From: Spirochaetota bacterium
GTDB taxonomy: Bacteria; Spirochaetota; UBA12135; COTS27; CBDBHE01
Length of the DNA stretch: 64,000 nt
Direction of reading: 5' to 3'
Assembly: GCA_965205605.1 (NCBI GenBank)
Contig: CBDBHE010000002.1
Location: forward strand, 64,001-128,000
The position numbers and the translations under genes were made by a program. Numbering within the stretch: the stretch's first letter is position 1; each line of letters begins with the position of its first letter. The notes under the pieces were generated by a model. That model searched no databases. It had not been told where the DNA came from and saw nothing but the letters and a program-made list of their open reading frames with translations. This document shows, piece by piece, positions 33,218 to 43,327 of the stretch.

Positions 33218-33471
33218 TATCAAAAGCTTTAAGAGAAGCTTTCTTTTTAGTTTCTTATCAAAAAAAACTAATAGAAGAAAATAAATTTTCTCTTTACCCG
33301 AGGTCAATCTTTTTTTTAAAAGATTGTTTATTAAAGCTTTTTTCTGATAAATCTTTTTTTAAGACAAATGCTTACTTGAAATTAAAAGAAGAAATTTTTT
33401 TTAATAAAAAGCTTCTTAGTAAAAAACATTTTCAAATGAAAGATTATTTGAGTTCTCTTAAACCTTTATAA
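33214..33471 (+). CDS. hypothetical protein downstream of fliS
   Basis: 85 aa ORF with GTGA overlap on the fliS stop. Confidence 0.5.
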   Translation: MISKALREAFFLVSYQKKLIEENKFSLYPRSIFFLKDCLLKLFSDKSFFKTNAYLKLKEEIFFNKKLLSKKHFQMKDYLSSLKPL

Positions 33472-33475
33472 TTAT

Positions 33476-34102
33476 TTATAAAAAATAAATATATTTTAAA
33501 ATAGCTTTTTTATTAAAAAGAGTATAGAAAAGAAGAAGGCTTAAAAAGTAATAGCAGTTTATTATCATTAATAATGATAATGTTGTTTTTTCTTTTTCAA
33601 TGTCACTGCTTTCTAAAAATAATAGTTTCACATTATAGTGTGTCGTTAAATAATATAAAAAGCTGAAAGAAAAATAAAAACAATAATGATGATACATATT
33701 AATTTCAACTTTGTGATAATAAGAATAAATAAGGATACTATAGTACAGTACTAAGGTTAAGAAAGGACTCATTGGAAATAAATAAGGTGCTAATCTAATA
33801 ATGGTATTTGTTTTACTGGTTTTAATGTAACCAAAATCTCTTGTTACTTTAAATTCTTTTACTTTTCCTGAATAAAGTAACACAAAAAAAGCATGGGAGC
33901 ACTCATGAAAAAAAATATAAATTAATTTTGGTATTTTTGTACATTTAACCATCATTAAACTAAATGCAATACCAAATAGAAAAATAATTATTTCAATTAA
34001 GTGAAAGTAATTACTTTTAAAAAAAACAAGCGTTAAATGTAAATTAAAAGGGAATATAAAAATAAGAAAAAAAGAATAGAACCAATAAAAAAATGAATTC
34101 AA
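33476..34102 (-). CDS. M50B-like membrane metalloprotease
   Basis: FFHECSHA (HExxH) next to a TM, IRLAPY, SSD motifs. Confidence 0.75.
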   Translation of the reverse strand: MNSFFYWFYSFFLIFIFPFNLHLTLVFFKSNYFHLIEIIIFLFGIAFSLMMVKCTKIPKLIYIFFHECSHAFFVLLYSGKVKEFKVTRDFGYIKTSKTNTIIRLAPYLFPMSPFLTLVLYYSILIYSYYHKVEINMYHHYCFYFSFSFLYYLTTHYNVKLLFLESSDIEKEKTTLSLLMIINCYYFLSLLLFYTLFNKKAILKYIYFL

Positions 34103-34105
34103 TTT

Positions 34106-34513
34106 TTAATTAATTTTTTTTTCTATTTCATTTAGTCGTTGTTTAGAAAGAGTTTTAGCAGGTAAAATATCAGCATAATCTCTGATGACTTTATTAAAAA
34201 ACTGACTTGCTAATTTATAACGTTTTTGTATTAGATAACAAAAGCCAATTTCATAATGAGCCCATGCCAAATTTTTTTTATAAAGATCTTTTTTATGGGA
34301 AAATTTTTCTATAATTTTTTTATTTTCTTTGATAGTTTTAGAATACGCTTTGTGATTATAGTAATATTTTGCTTTTTCTTCATACAAACTTGGTGTTTTT
34401 TCATTAATGTAGCTACTTTTCTCTATTTTTGGAGACTTGATAGTTGTACAGTTTTGGTGAAAAAAAGCAAAAACTAATATAAAAAAAAAATTAGTTTGAA
34501 GAAGAGCTTTCAT
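34106..34513 (-). CDS. TPR lipoprotein
   Basis: Hydrophobic leader ending HQNC; AWAHYEIGFCY TPR; start uncertain. Confidence 0.7.
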   Translation of the reverse strand: MKALLQTNFFFILVFAFFHQNCTTIKSPKIEKSSYINEKTPSLYEEKAKYYYNHKAYSKTIKENKKIIEKFSHKKDLYKKNLAWAHYEIGFCYLIQKRYKLASQFFNKVIRDYADILPAKTLSKQRLNEIEKKIN

Positions 34514-34790
34514 CCCCATAAGAATAAACTTCATCTTTTATTGGCAAGCTTTTTCTAAGCTCTCTAATATATTCTTTTTCATCATCTCCCATGGGCTCAT
34601 AAGAATTACAAAAATCAATACTTCGTCTAGCTGCTGTAAAATATTTATAATATTTAATTTCACCTATTTTTTTTTTCCATTTATCTTTTTGGCAATGAAT
34701 TCGAAGTAAATACTGATTGCTAATAATAGCTGATTTTCTAACGACTAAACAATTTTTGCAATTAGAACAAAATATTTTATCTGCAGGCAT
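34491..34790 (-). CDS. small cysteine-rich conserved protein
   Basis: CSNCKNC..C..C; own consensus promoter and GGA RBS. Confidence 0.8.
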   Translation of the reverse strand: MPADKIFCSNCKNCLVVRKSAIISNQYLLRIHCQKDKWKKKIGEIKYYKYFTAARRSIDFCNSYEPMGDDEKEYIRELRKSLPIKDEVYSYGDESSSSN

Positions 34791-34822
34791 TTTAATTCCT
34801 ATTTAATTAATTTTAATAAAGT

Positions 34823-34851
34823 ATTATACAAGTAAAAAAAATAATTGTCAA
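34823..34851 (-). promoter_or_regulatory. consensus sigma70 promoter
   Basis: Minus strand TTGACA-17 nt-TATAAT, about 33 nt upstream of ORF 34790. Confidence 0.85.
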
Positions 34852-34863
34852 AATATATCTTTT

Positions 34864-36537
34864 TTAAGAGTCAAGAAAATCTTGTGCCATTTGTTTGCTT
34901 TTTTCATCAAATTCTTTTCCGGTAAGCATTCTTGCTATTTCTATTATTTTTTGATTTTCATCTAAGATATTAATATTAGTATTAGTTTTATTATTTTCTG
35001 TTTTTTTACTAATTTTAAAATGAGTGTTAGCAAACTTAGCAATTTGAGCTAAATGAGTAATGACTAATACTTGTCTATAATGACTAATATTAGAAAGCTT
35101 GTTTCCTATATGAAGAGCGGTTGCTCCTCCAATTCCAGCATCAATTTCATCAAAAATCATCACAGGAATGTCTTCTTTTTCGTTTAAAAGTGATTTTAAA
35201 GAAAGCATAATACGAGAGATTTCTCCCCCTGAGGCTATTTCTTTAAGTCTTCTAAAGGGAGCTTCTGGGGCTGCTTGATATAAAAACTCAATATAATCGA
35301 TTCCATTTTCATTTAAGATTGGTTTAGGTTCATTGGCTTCATGAGAGTTTAGATCGATAGCTAATTTAGAGGTTGTCATTCCTAAAAAACTAATTTCTTC
35401 TTGAATTTTTTTTTCAAAAGTATCTTTTCCATTTTTTCTTCTTTTGTGAAGTTCTTGAGCTAAAGAAAAGACTTCATTTTCTAGTTTTATTTTTTCCTTT
35501 TCAAATTTTTCTTTTTCGATATGACTATCTTCTAAAAATAAAAGTTTTTTTTTAGATTCTTCAAGTTTTTTTTGAAGCTCCAAGAGGCTTAAAGCATACT
35601 TGCGTCTTAAGCTTTCAGCTTTAGCTAACTTGTTGTTAAGTTGGTCGATAGATAGGCTTTGATTGTCAAGGGTATGTGAGAATTTTTTTTCTTCTTGATT
35701 TTCTATTTCTTCAAGTAAATCGATAGCTTGTAAATATTGTGTTTTCAGATTTTTCAATTTTTCGTTAGAGGTGTTAAGAGCTTCGATTGAATTTTTTTGT
35801 TTGTAAAGTTTGGGTAAAATTTCATTTTTTAAAACAAAATAGTTTTCTTGTAAAATTTGATCAAAATTTTCTTTTTGTTCTAATTTTTTAAGCTGATCTT
35901 TAAAAGAATTGTATTCTTCTTCACTAATTAGATTGCCTTCTAGTTCTTTAATATTAAAAAGAAGGAGCTCTTTTTCTTCTTGAATTTTTTTTTCTTTTTT
36001 TTGTATGGCTTCGATTTGATAATTGATCAACTTATAATCTTGGTAATTTTTTTGGAAAATTTTGTTTAAATTATCTAGATTGAGGAATTTATCATAGAGT
36101 TCAATATGAGCATTAATATTAAAAAGACGTTGGTTTTGATGTTGGGCATGAATATCAATAAGATTATAAGCGATCTGTTTTAAAGTTTTAATATTGGTTA
36201 AATGATCATTAATAAAACATTTTGATTTACCTTCTCGGTTCATTTCTCTTCTAAGAGAAAGTTGATGATTCTTAATTTTTATTTTTAATAATTTTTCAAC
36301 TTTTTGTTTAATATTAGAAAGTGGTTTTAGATCAAAAGTTGAAATAACTTTTAAAAAATTTTTTCCTGGTTGAATAAAATCAATGGAAATTCTTTCTCCT
36401 AAAGTTGTATTTAAAGCTCCTAAAAATATAGACTTTCCTGCCCCTGTTTCTCCTGAAATAACATTGAGTCCTTTTGATAGTTGAATCACTTCTTCTTCAA
36501 TAAAGATAAAATTGTAAATAGCAATTTGGTTTAGCAT
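34864..36537 (-). CDS. recN: DNA repair protein RecN
   Basis: SGETGAGKS, ASGGEISR, IFDEIDAGIGG, VITHLAQIA, EIARML. Confidence 0.96.
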   Translation of the reverse strand: MLNQIAIYNFIFIEEEVIQLSKGLNVISGETGAGKSIFLGALNTTLGERISIDFIQPGKNFLKVISTFDLKPLSNIKQKVEKLLKIKIKNHQLSLRREMNREGKSKCFINDHLTNIKTLKQIAYNLIDIHAQHQNQRLFNINAHIELYDKFLNLDNLNKIFQKNYQDYKLINYQIEAIQKKEKKIQEEKELLLFNIKELEGNLISEEEYNSFKDQLKKLEQKENFDQILQENYFVLKNEILPKLYKQKNSIEALNTSNEKLKNLKTQYLQAIDLLEEIENQEEKKFSHTLDNQSLSIDQLNNKLAKAESLRRKYALSLLELQKKLEESKKKLLFLEDSHIEKEKFEKEKIKLENEVFSLAQELHKRRKNGKDTFEKKIQEEISFLGMTTSKLAIDLNSHEANEPKPILNENGIDYIEFLYQAAPEAPFRRLKEIASGGEISRIMLSLKSLLNEKEDIPVMIFDEIDAGIGGATALHIGNKLSNISHYRQVLVITHLAQIAKFANTHFKISKKTENNKTNTNINILDENQKIIEIARMLTGKEFDEKSKQMAQDFLDS

Positions 36538-36543
36538 CGCTAA

Positions 36544-37800
36544 TTATATTTTTAAAAAAAATTTTCTTAATAATTCGATATTGTGTTTGTGCCCTGTTTT
36601 ATTAGCGGTAACCTTACAACGAAAAGGGTGCTTACTTAGAGAAAAATCACCTATAATGTCTAAAATCTTATGTCTTGCAAATTCCTTTTCAAACCTCAAA
36701 TTAGTATTAACTACTTTAGCTTTATCAATTAAAAGAGAATTATCAAGACTAGCTCCTTGTGCTAGTCCAATAGCTTGAAGAGTTTTGGTTTCTTCTAAAA
36801 ATCCAAAAGTTCTTGCAGGAGCAATTTCTTTTTTAAATACTTTAGGTGCTTCTTTACTAAGGTCAACTTTATAAATTTGATCTTTTTGAATTTTGTTAGG
36901 GTAAGAAAAAGTATATTCGATTTTAAAACCATCATAAGGTTCAATACGAATCCATTTTGTGTTATCTTTAGGATCTTTGTATTCGTAAGTTTTTTTTATT
37001 TCAATGGTTTTTAAGGTGTCTTCTTGTTCAACGATGCCTGTTTTTTCTAAAAGATCACACCACTGGATTGAAGAACCATCTAAAATAGGAATTTCTTCAT
37101 TGACTTTAATACAAATGTTACAAACCCCATAAACTTGAAGTGTGGCTAAAAGGTGTTCGACACAAGAAATAGAAAAATTTTTATTTTTGAGAGTGGTTGC
37201 TTGATTTGTTGAGATGACATTTTCAAAAGAAGCTTTTAATGATTTACCAGATGAGATTTCTTCAAAAATAATGCCACTATTGATAGGAAGTGGGATTAAA
37301 ATCACCCCTGTATTATTTCCTTTGTGAATTCCTTTTCCAGTAATAACAGCATTTTTAGCGATTGTTTTTTGCTTAATGGGAGTTTTTTTTATAGGGATGG
37401 TTTGATAATTGATTGATTTTGATGAGTGGGTGTTTTGATTAGTTTGTAAGTGTTCTGAAATTTTAAATAAAAGAGATTCTCTACTGAATGGTTTTTCTAA
37501 AAAATCGTTGGCTCCATTTTTGGTAACTTCAATTGTTGAGTTTGTGTTAATGTGACCTGAGATAATAATAATAGGGATATGGGCCCATTTTTTTTTAATT
37601 TCTTTTAATACTTGAAGTCCATCTTTTTCTGGCATCCAAATATCTAAGAAAATCAAATCTATTTGATGAGGATTAATTATCGAATCAATTTTTAAAGGAT
37701 TAGTACAATGAATGCTTTCATATTCAGAGCCTTTTAAAATATTAGCGATTGATTTTTGAATTAATTGTTCATCATCTATAATTAAAATTTTTTTTTTCAT
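36544..37800 (-). CDS. lpxC: response-regulator receiver domain fused to UDP-3-O-acyl-GlcNAc deacetylase
   Basis: N-terminal receiver (IIDDE, FLDIWMP, SGH, EKPF); C-terminal LpxC (KQKTI, GKGIH, VEHLL, PILDGS, IAPARTFGF, RHKILDIIGD, GH). Confidence 0.92.
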   Translation of the reverse strand: MKKKILIIDDEQLIQKSIANILKGSEYESIHCTNPLKIDSIINPHQIDLIFLDIWMPEKDGLQVLKEIKKKWAHIPIIIISGHINTNSTIEVTKNGANDFLEKPFSRESLLFKISEHLQTNQNTHSSKSINYQTIPIKKTPIKQKTIAKNAVITGKGIHKGNNTGVILIPLPINSGIIFEEISSGKSLKASFENVISTNQATTLKNKNFSISCVEHLLATLQVYGVCNICIKVNEEIPILDGSSIQWCDLLEKTGIVEQEDTLKTIEIKKTYEYKDPKDNTKWIRIEPYDGFKIEYTFSYPNKIQKDQIYKVDLSKEAPKVFKKEIAPARTFGFLEETKTLQAIGLAQGASLDNSLLIDKAKVVNTNLRFEKEFARHKILDIIGDFSLSKHPFRCKVTANKTGHKHNIELLRKFFLKI

Positions 37801-37912
37801 TTTGTTTATCTAATTCACTAAAAAAACTTTACTTGATTTATAAGGGTAAACTTGTGCTTTTAGTTTGCTCTTTCATTGTTTCCAAACTAATAATATAATG
37901 AGAAGTATTTTT

Positions 37913-38548
37913 ATGGTAAGCTTACAAATATCTTTTTTGAAAATTCCTATTAAATTAATTTCAGAAAATGATTTAATGAATATCATTAAAAAATCTATTA
38001 AAAATAAAAAAAAAATTTCATTATACCCTCTTTATTTTAAAAATATCATCCCCTTTTTGTTTTTTAAAAATTATAGAAACTATCTTAGTTCTTTAGATAT
38101 TATTTATTCGGCGAGTTCTTTTTTATCTTTTTTGATTTTAATTTTTTTTAAAAAAAAATTTTCTTCAATTAATCCAACTCAATTAATGCTTAATACTATT
38201 GAAACTTTAATTCCTAAAAAAGCTTCTTTTTTTTTTGTTGGCATTAGTTCTAGTCAATATAAAAGTTTACAACATTATTTAAAAATATTTTTTCCTGAAA
38301 TATTTTTAAAAGGTTCTATTGATTATCGACTTTTAAAAAGTCGTTTATCAGATTCAATTGAACTCATTAAAAAAATGCAACCAACTGTTCTTTTTGTAAG
38401 TGGACAATTCCCTTCCAAGTGTGCTAAGGATGTTCAAAAAGAATTGATTTTAGATAAAAAAAAAGAACCTACAGTTATTTCTTTTTGTTCAAAAGGTTTA
38501 GAAAGATATAGTAAAATTAAAACGAAAAATAAGAAAAAATTTTTTTAA
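37913..38548 (+). CDS. WecB/TagA/CpsF-like glycosyltransferase (divergent)
   Basis: ISFLKIPI start, FFFVG, IELIKKMQPTVLFV resemble the WecB/TagA layout; catalytic residues unclear. Confidence 0.5.
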   Translation: MVSLQISFLKIPIKLISENDLMNIIKKSIKNKKKISLYPLYFKNIIPFLFFKNYRNYLSSLDIIYSASSFLSFLILIFFKKKFSSINPTQLMLNTIETLIPKKASFFFVGISSSQYKSLQHYLKIFFPEIFLKGSIDYRLLKSRLSDSIELIKKMQPTVLFVSGQFPSKCAKDVQKELILDKKKEPTVISFCSKGLERYSKIKTKNKKKFF

Positions 38549-38591
38549 AAAAAGCTCACTCAATTTTTAATAGAAAAATACTTAAAAAACA

Positions 38592-39497
38592 ATGTTAACT
38601 AATTTTTTGGATTTTTATCAAAATCTTCCCAATCGGGTTAACCCTTCTATTATTAGCTTTTATGGCTTTGAGCTTCGTTGGTATAGCCTAGGCTATATTT
38701 TCTCATTTCTTTTGTTTTGGGCTCTTATTTCTTATCGAATAAAGAAAAATGAAGCTGCTTTTAAAATTACGCTTAAAGATATTGAAGATTCTATGTTTTA
38801 TCTTTTTTTAGGGGTTATTTTAGGGGGGAGATTGGGGTATGTTATCTTTTATGATTTTTCTTATTATATTAAAAATCCTATTTCTGTTATTTTTCCTTTT
38901 AGTTTTGAAAATGGGTTTAAATTTACGGGGATTTCGGGAATGTCTTATCATGGGGGTGTTTTAGGGGTTATCGTTTCGATATTACTTTTTTGTAAAAAGA
39001 AACAAAAGTTTTTTTTCGATGTGATGGATTTTTACTTGCCTTGTATTCCAATAGGTTATTTTTTTGGTAGACTTGGTAATTTTATGAATGGTGAACTTTA
39101 TGGAAGAATTACTGAAAGTCCTTGGGGAATGTATTTTTATACACAATATATTATTGATGATCAAAAAATCAAAAAAGTTTTTACAGAATTAAGACACCCA
39201 AGTCAATTATATGAAGCTTTTTTTGAAGGATTAGTTTTGTTTTTCTTTCTCTGGTTAATTAGAAATAATAAGAAATTAAGGAAAAGTTTTATTTCTGCTT
39301 TTTATCTAATCGGTTATGGGTCCTTTCGTTTTTTCATTGAATTTTATAGAGAGCCTGATAAACAATTTGTAAATCATGGACAAGAAATTGGGACTGCTTT
39401 TTGGTTTTTAACAATGGGACAAATTTTATGTTTTTTTATGGTTTTTATTGGTCTTTTCTTAATTTTTTTTAGGTTAAAAAAAGCTAAAACAATATGA
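38592..39497 (+). CDS. lgt: prolipoprotein diacylglyceryl transferase
   Basis: LRWYSL, GGRLGYV, GMSYHGG, GRLGNFMNGELYGR, HPSQLYE, RFFIEFYREPD. Confidence 0.97.
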   Translation: MLTNFLDFYQNLPNRVNPSIISFYGFELRWYSLGYIFSFLLFWALISYRIKKNEAAFKITLKDIEDSMFYLFLGVILGGRLGYVIFYDFSYYIKNPISVIFPFSFENGFKFTGISGMSYHGGVLGVIVSILLFCKKKQKFFFDVMDFYLPCIPIGYFFGRLGNFMNGELYGRITESPWGMYFYTQYIIDDQKIKKVFTELRHPSQLYEAFFEGLVLFFFLWLIRNNKKLRKSFISAFYLIGYGSFRFFIEFYREPDKQFVNHGQEIGTAFWFLTMGQILCFFMVFIGLFLIFFRLKKAKTI

Positions 39498-41239
39498 GAA
39501 AAATTATTTTTTTTACCTGCTTTTTTATGTTTTTTTATGCTCAAGGGTGGTCGTTAGTTGAGTTTATCGAAGCTAGGAAATTAAAAAAAAATATGATTCT
39601 TGTTGGCAAAACAAGAATCGCTGGTAATAAAATGATAGAATTTAAGTTAAAAATTTTATCAGTTTTATTAGGCTCTTCTCCTGGAGAAGATTCCATTTTA
39701 GCTGAAATAGACAATGATTTTTTTAAAGAAACAGGGGTTTTAGCAGGAATGAGTGGTTCTCCTGTTTATTATGATAATAGATTAGTTGGTGCTATTGCTA
39801 CCTCGGTTACATTTTCGAAAAAGCCGATTGTGGGGATTACTCCTATTAAAAATATGTTAAGAATCATTGATTATAGTTTTAAAGAAAAAAAAACTGATTA
39901 TTTATCATCAAAAAATTTTCATGGAATGAAGCCGATTAATATTCCCATAGAAATTTCAGGAGGATTTTATTTAAATAATCAATTTTTTAAAGAAATTTTA
40001 GGGTATTCTTCTGATGTTTTAATCACACCTCAAGGGACAAGGGGACAATTAAAAAGTAAAACAAAATTACAAAATAATGAAGATTCAATTGATTCTAAAA
40101 TAAAATTACAAGCAGGTGATGCTTGTGGTATTAATTTAGTTAGAGGAGATCTAAATATATCCGCTTCAGGAACAGTTACCTATGTTAGTAATAATTTTAT
40201 TTTAGCTATGGGCCATCCTATTAATCTTGCTGGAAAAATTAAGTGGCCACTTCATAAACATTATGTTGATGCTGTTGTACCAAGATTAAATGTTTCTTAT
40301 AAAATAGGTTCTTTAGGGGAAGAGGTTGGAGCTTTTTTAGAAGATAGATCAACGGGTATATTGGGAAAAATAGGAGAAAAAGCTCCACGAATTCCTTTAA
40401 AAGTTACTTTAAAAAGTCCTCTTCAAAAAAAACATTTTTCTTATGAAATAGTAGATGATAAAAATTATTTTGTTAATCTGGCAACAGTAGTTCTTTTAAA
40501 TAGCTTTACTTATTATGAAAATCTTCATGAAGATAGCAGTTTGTTGTACACCATTAAATTATATACAGATTATCAAGATAAAGTCATTACTTTAAAAGAC
40601 ATGGCTTCTGGTTTTTCAAGTCAAAAAACGTTGCGATCTTTTTCTTATTTTTTTCAATCAGTCCTTAATGATCTTTTTAAAAATAGATTTTTAGAGATTA
40701 ATATAAAAAAAATAGAAGTCTTATTAGAATCAAAACAAAGTATTCACCATTCTTTAATCAATAATTTTCAGTCAGATAAGCAAGTCTATCATCCAGGTGA
40801 AACCATTTATTTAAAAGCACAACTTGATCCTTACAAAAGAAAAAAATATTGGAAAGATTTTTCAATAAAAATTCCAAAAAATACTAAGGAAGGTTATTAT
40901 AAAGTTAATATTTCTAGTGGCCGTCATTTTCTTTTTCGTGATTCTTCATCTTTTCCTAAAAAATATAAAGCACAATCTATTGAACATTTATTCAAGATAC
41001 TTAATTTACATATTTCTTCTCAAACATTAATGGTTTGGATCCATATGAATTCTCTTGGGATTTTTGTTAAAGATAAAGAATATAAACGTCTTCCATATTT
41101 TCAAAGAAAATTAATTCAATCTTCACGTCAATCAAAAAAATCTTCTTCAGGTGAATTTTTAGTAGAGTATGAAGAAATCGATGAAGTTGTTCTTGGATCT
41201 AGTTTTATCGAAATTGAGGTAATTAAAAATAAATTTTAA
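39494..41239 (+). CDS. SpoIVB peptidase S55 domain protein, exported
   Basis: Signal peptide, GVLAGMSGSPVY..LVGAI, GITPI, GTVTYV..LAMGHP. Confidence 0.85.
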   Translation: MRKIIFFTCFFMFFYAQGWSLVEFIEARKLKKNMILVGKTRIAGNKMIEFKLKILSVLLGSSPGEDSILAEIDNDFFKETGVLAGMSGSPVYYDNRLVGAIATSVTFSKKPIVGITPIKNMLRIIDYSFKEKKTDYLSSKNFHGMKPINIPIEISGGFYLNNQFFKEILGYSSDVLITPQGTRGQLKSKTKLQNNEDSIDSKIKLQAGDACGINLVRGDLNISASGTVTYVSNNFILAMGHPINLAGKIKWPLHKHYVDAVVPRLNVSYKIGSLGEEVGAFLEDRSTGILGKIGEKAPRIPLKVTLKSPLQKKHFSYEIVDDKNYFVNLATVVLLNSFTYYENLHEDSSLLYTIKLYTDYQDKVITLKDMASGFSSQKTLRSFSYFFQSVLNDLFKNRFLEINIKKIEVLLESKQSIHHSLINNFQSDKQVYHPGETIYLKAQLDPYKRKKYWKDFSIKIPKNTKEGYYKVNISSGRHFLFRDSSSFPKKYKAQSIEHLFKILNLHISSQTLMVWIHMNSLGIFVKDKEYKRLPYFQRKLIQSSRQSKKSSSGEFLVEYEEIDEVVLGSSFIEIEVIKNKF

Positions 41240-41243
41240 ACCA

Positions 41244-43304
41244 ATGTCTTTTAAAAAAAAACTTTCTTTTTTATTGTTGCTTTTTCAGTTTATTTCTTTG
41301 TTAGTTGCTCAAAAAACAAAATTTTTTGAAATTTCAAATGAAAATACTTTTAATAAAGGGCAATTTAGTAATGCTTATTTAATTAATGATCATTTCCTAT
41401 CGTTAGCTCCAAAGTGTGAGTTGTTTACAACTGTTAATGAAGTTATTCTTTGGAATATTTTAAAAACTAAAACCCATCTTTTAGTTGCAACAGGTCATGA
41501 TGGGCTTGTTTATTTGGTTGATCAAAAAGGCAAATTAAATAAAAAACTTAAAATAGGTTCTCAATCAGAAATTACTGGTTTTTTACAAGGGCCTAAAAAT
41601 ACAATTTTTGTTTCTTCTGCTCCTGAAGGTCGTATTTATAAAATTTCTTCTGATTATAAAAAAGTGACTCTTTTTGTGACTTTACCAGAGCAATTCATTT
41701 GGTCGATGGCTCATAATGGAAAAAATTTATATGTAGCTTGTGGGGGCAATGGAGGGATCTATAAAGTTGATCTTGCATCTGGAAAATGGGAAAAATTTTT
41801 TCAATCTACTGAGAATAATATTTTAAAAATTAAAATTAATAAAGAAACTCTTTACGCTTCTACCTCTGGACAGGGGTACCTCTATCAAATCTCAAAAAAA
41901 GGAAAAGCTAAAGTACTCTATGATGCTGGTGGAAGAGATATTAATGATTTCATTTTTTATAAAAATAATATTCTTTTGGGAACAACAGGGAAATCGATTC
42001 AATCTTTTGTTAACTTGGGTACCAATAAAAAACAAATGAATATTAATAAAAGAAAAATGAATACCAATAAAAAACAAATGAAACAAAACTATATTGTTAA
42101 AATTGGAAATAATGGTCACTTATCAATACTTGCAACATTTGAAAACGAATTGATTTCTTCTTTAGTCCTGGATGAAAAAAAAGAACATTTATATGTAGCT
42201 GCTTCTAAAGATAATGGGAAAAAACAAAAAGGTTTTATTTATTTAATTGATTTAAAAAAACATTCTCTTAAAAAAATATTTTTTGCGTCAGATTTTTCTA
42301 TTTCTTCTTTTTCAAAATATGAAGATGATATTTTTTTTGCTTGTGGTAATAAAGGTTTTGTTTATAAATTAAATCTTTATTACCCTGAGAAAGGTTCTTA
42401 TTTTTCAGATGTTTTAGATGCTTTTGAAACAGTAAAATGGGGAAAATTATATTATATATTATATAGTCCTGAAAGTTTTAAAAAAAATCTTGACTCTTAT
42501 ATCAATGTACTTGTTCGTTCTGGTAATACATTTTCTCCTGCAGTTGAAGATGGGTGGTCTCAGTGGCAGCCCTTAAAAAATAAGTTAATTCAAAATAAAG
42601 CTTCTCGTTTTTTGCAATTTAAGCTTATTTTAAATTCTTTTTCTAAAAAAGTCTCACCTCTTTTATCTGATATTCGCATTTATTATGCCAGAGCTAATAA
42701 GCCTCATTTTATTCATAATGTTCATTTACAAAATACTATCTCTGCTAAAAAATATAAAAAATTAAAGCTCAAGCCTTATGAATTAATTTTACTTTGGGAA
42801 ACTTATAATCATGATAAAGATTTGCTTTCTTACTCAATTTACTTTAAACATGAAGGAGCACAAAATGATTGGACGCTTTTAAAAAAAAACGTTAAAAAAG
42901 ACTATATTATTTTGAATAAAAAAAATTTTGTTGAAGGCAGGTATCAATTTAAAATCATTGCTGATGATTTTTTAAGTAATGGTTTTGATAATAGATGTAT
43001 TGATGAAAGAGTTACTAGAAATTACTTAATTGATAATACAAATCCAAAAATTAATTTTGAAGTAAAAGGCAAAGAGAAAATTTTAGTGAAAGCTAAAGAT
43101 GATTTTTCTAGAATAAAAAATTTCAAATATTCTTTTAATGAACAAGAATACGTTGAGATATCTCCGGAAGATGGAATTTTTGATAGTTTAGAAGAGTCTT
43201 TTTTAATTAAAAGTATTAAAGAAAATCATGCCAAGATTTATATTAAAGTTGAAGATGAAAACAAAAATTTTGCTTTTAAAACTATCGAACTAAAAAATAA
43301 TTAA
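41244..43304 (+). CDS. exported beta-propeller protein with C-terminal FN3/Ig-like domains
   Basis: Signal peptide; repeats such as LLVATG..G.VY, IFVSSAPEGRIYKI, LYVACG..GGIYKV; RSGNT..P..GWSQW; D.DLLSYSIYFK. Confidence 0.7.
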   Translation: MSFKKKLSFLLLLFQFISLLVAQKTKFFEISNENTFNKGQFSNAYLINDHFLSLAPKCELFTTVNEVILWNILKTKTHLLVATGHDGLVYLVDQKGKLNKKLKIGSQSEITGFLQGPKNTIFVSSAPEGRIYKISSDYKKVTLFVTLPEQFIWSMAHNGKNLYVACGGNGGIYKVDLASGKWEKFFQSTENNILKIKINKETLYASTSGQGYLYQISKKGKAKVLYDAGGRDINDFIFYKNNILLGTTGKSIQSFVNLGTNKKQMNINKRKMNTNKKQMKQNYIVKIGNNGHLSILATFENELISSLVLDEKKEHLYVAASKDNGKKQKGFIYLIDLKKHSLKKIFFASDFSISSFSKYEDDIFFACGNKGFVYKLNLYYPEKGSYFSDVLDAFETVKWGKLYYILYSPESFKKNLDSYINVLVRSGNTFSPAVEDGWSQWQPLKNKLIQNKASRFLQFKLILNSFSKKVSPLLSDIRIYYARANKPHFIHNVHLQNTISAKKYKKLKLKPYELILLWETYNHDKDLLSYSIYFKHEGAQNDWTLLKKNVKKDYIILNKKNFVEGRYQFKIIADDFLSNGFDNRCIDERVTRNYLIDNTNPKINFEVKGKEKILVKAKDDFSRIKNFKYSFNEQEYVEISPEDGIFDSLEESFLIKSIKENHAKIYIKVEDENKNFAFKTIELKNN
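42021..42082 (+). repeat. 21-bp imperfect tandem repeat x3 inside the propeller gene
   Basis: Encodes TNKKQMN-INKRKMN-TNKKQMK. Confidence 0.8.
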
Positions 43305-43327
43305 TACAAAAAAATTAACATCTTAAA

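Noticed and set aside
10445-41239. Sporulation capacity implied by SPL-like (10445-11452) and SpoIVB-like (39494-41239) genes
   Set aside because: Both families occur in non-sporulating bacteria; LpxC and the RpoC signature indicate a diderm non-Firmicute, and no other spo genes are seen.
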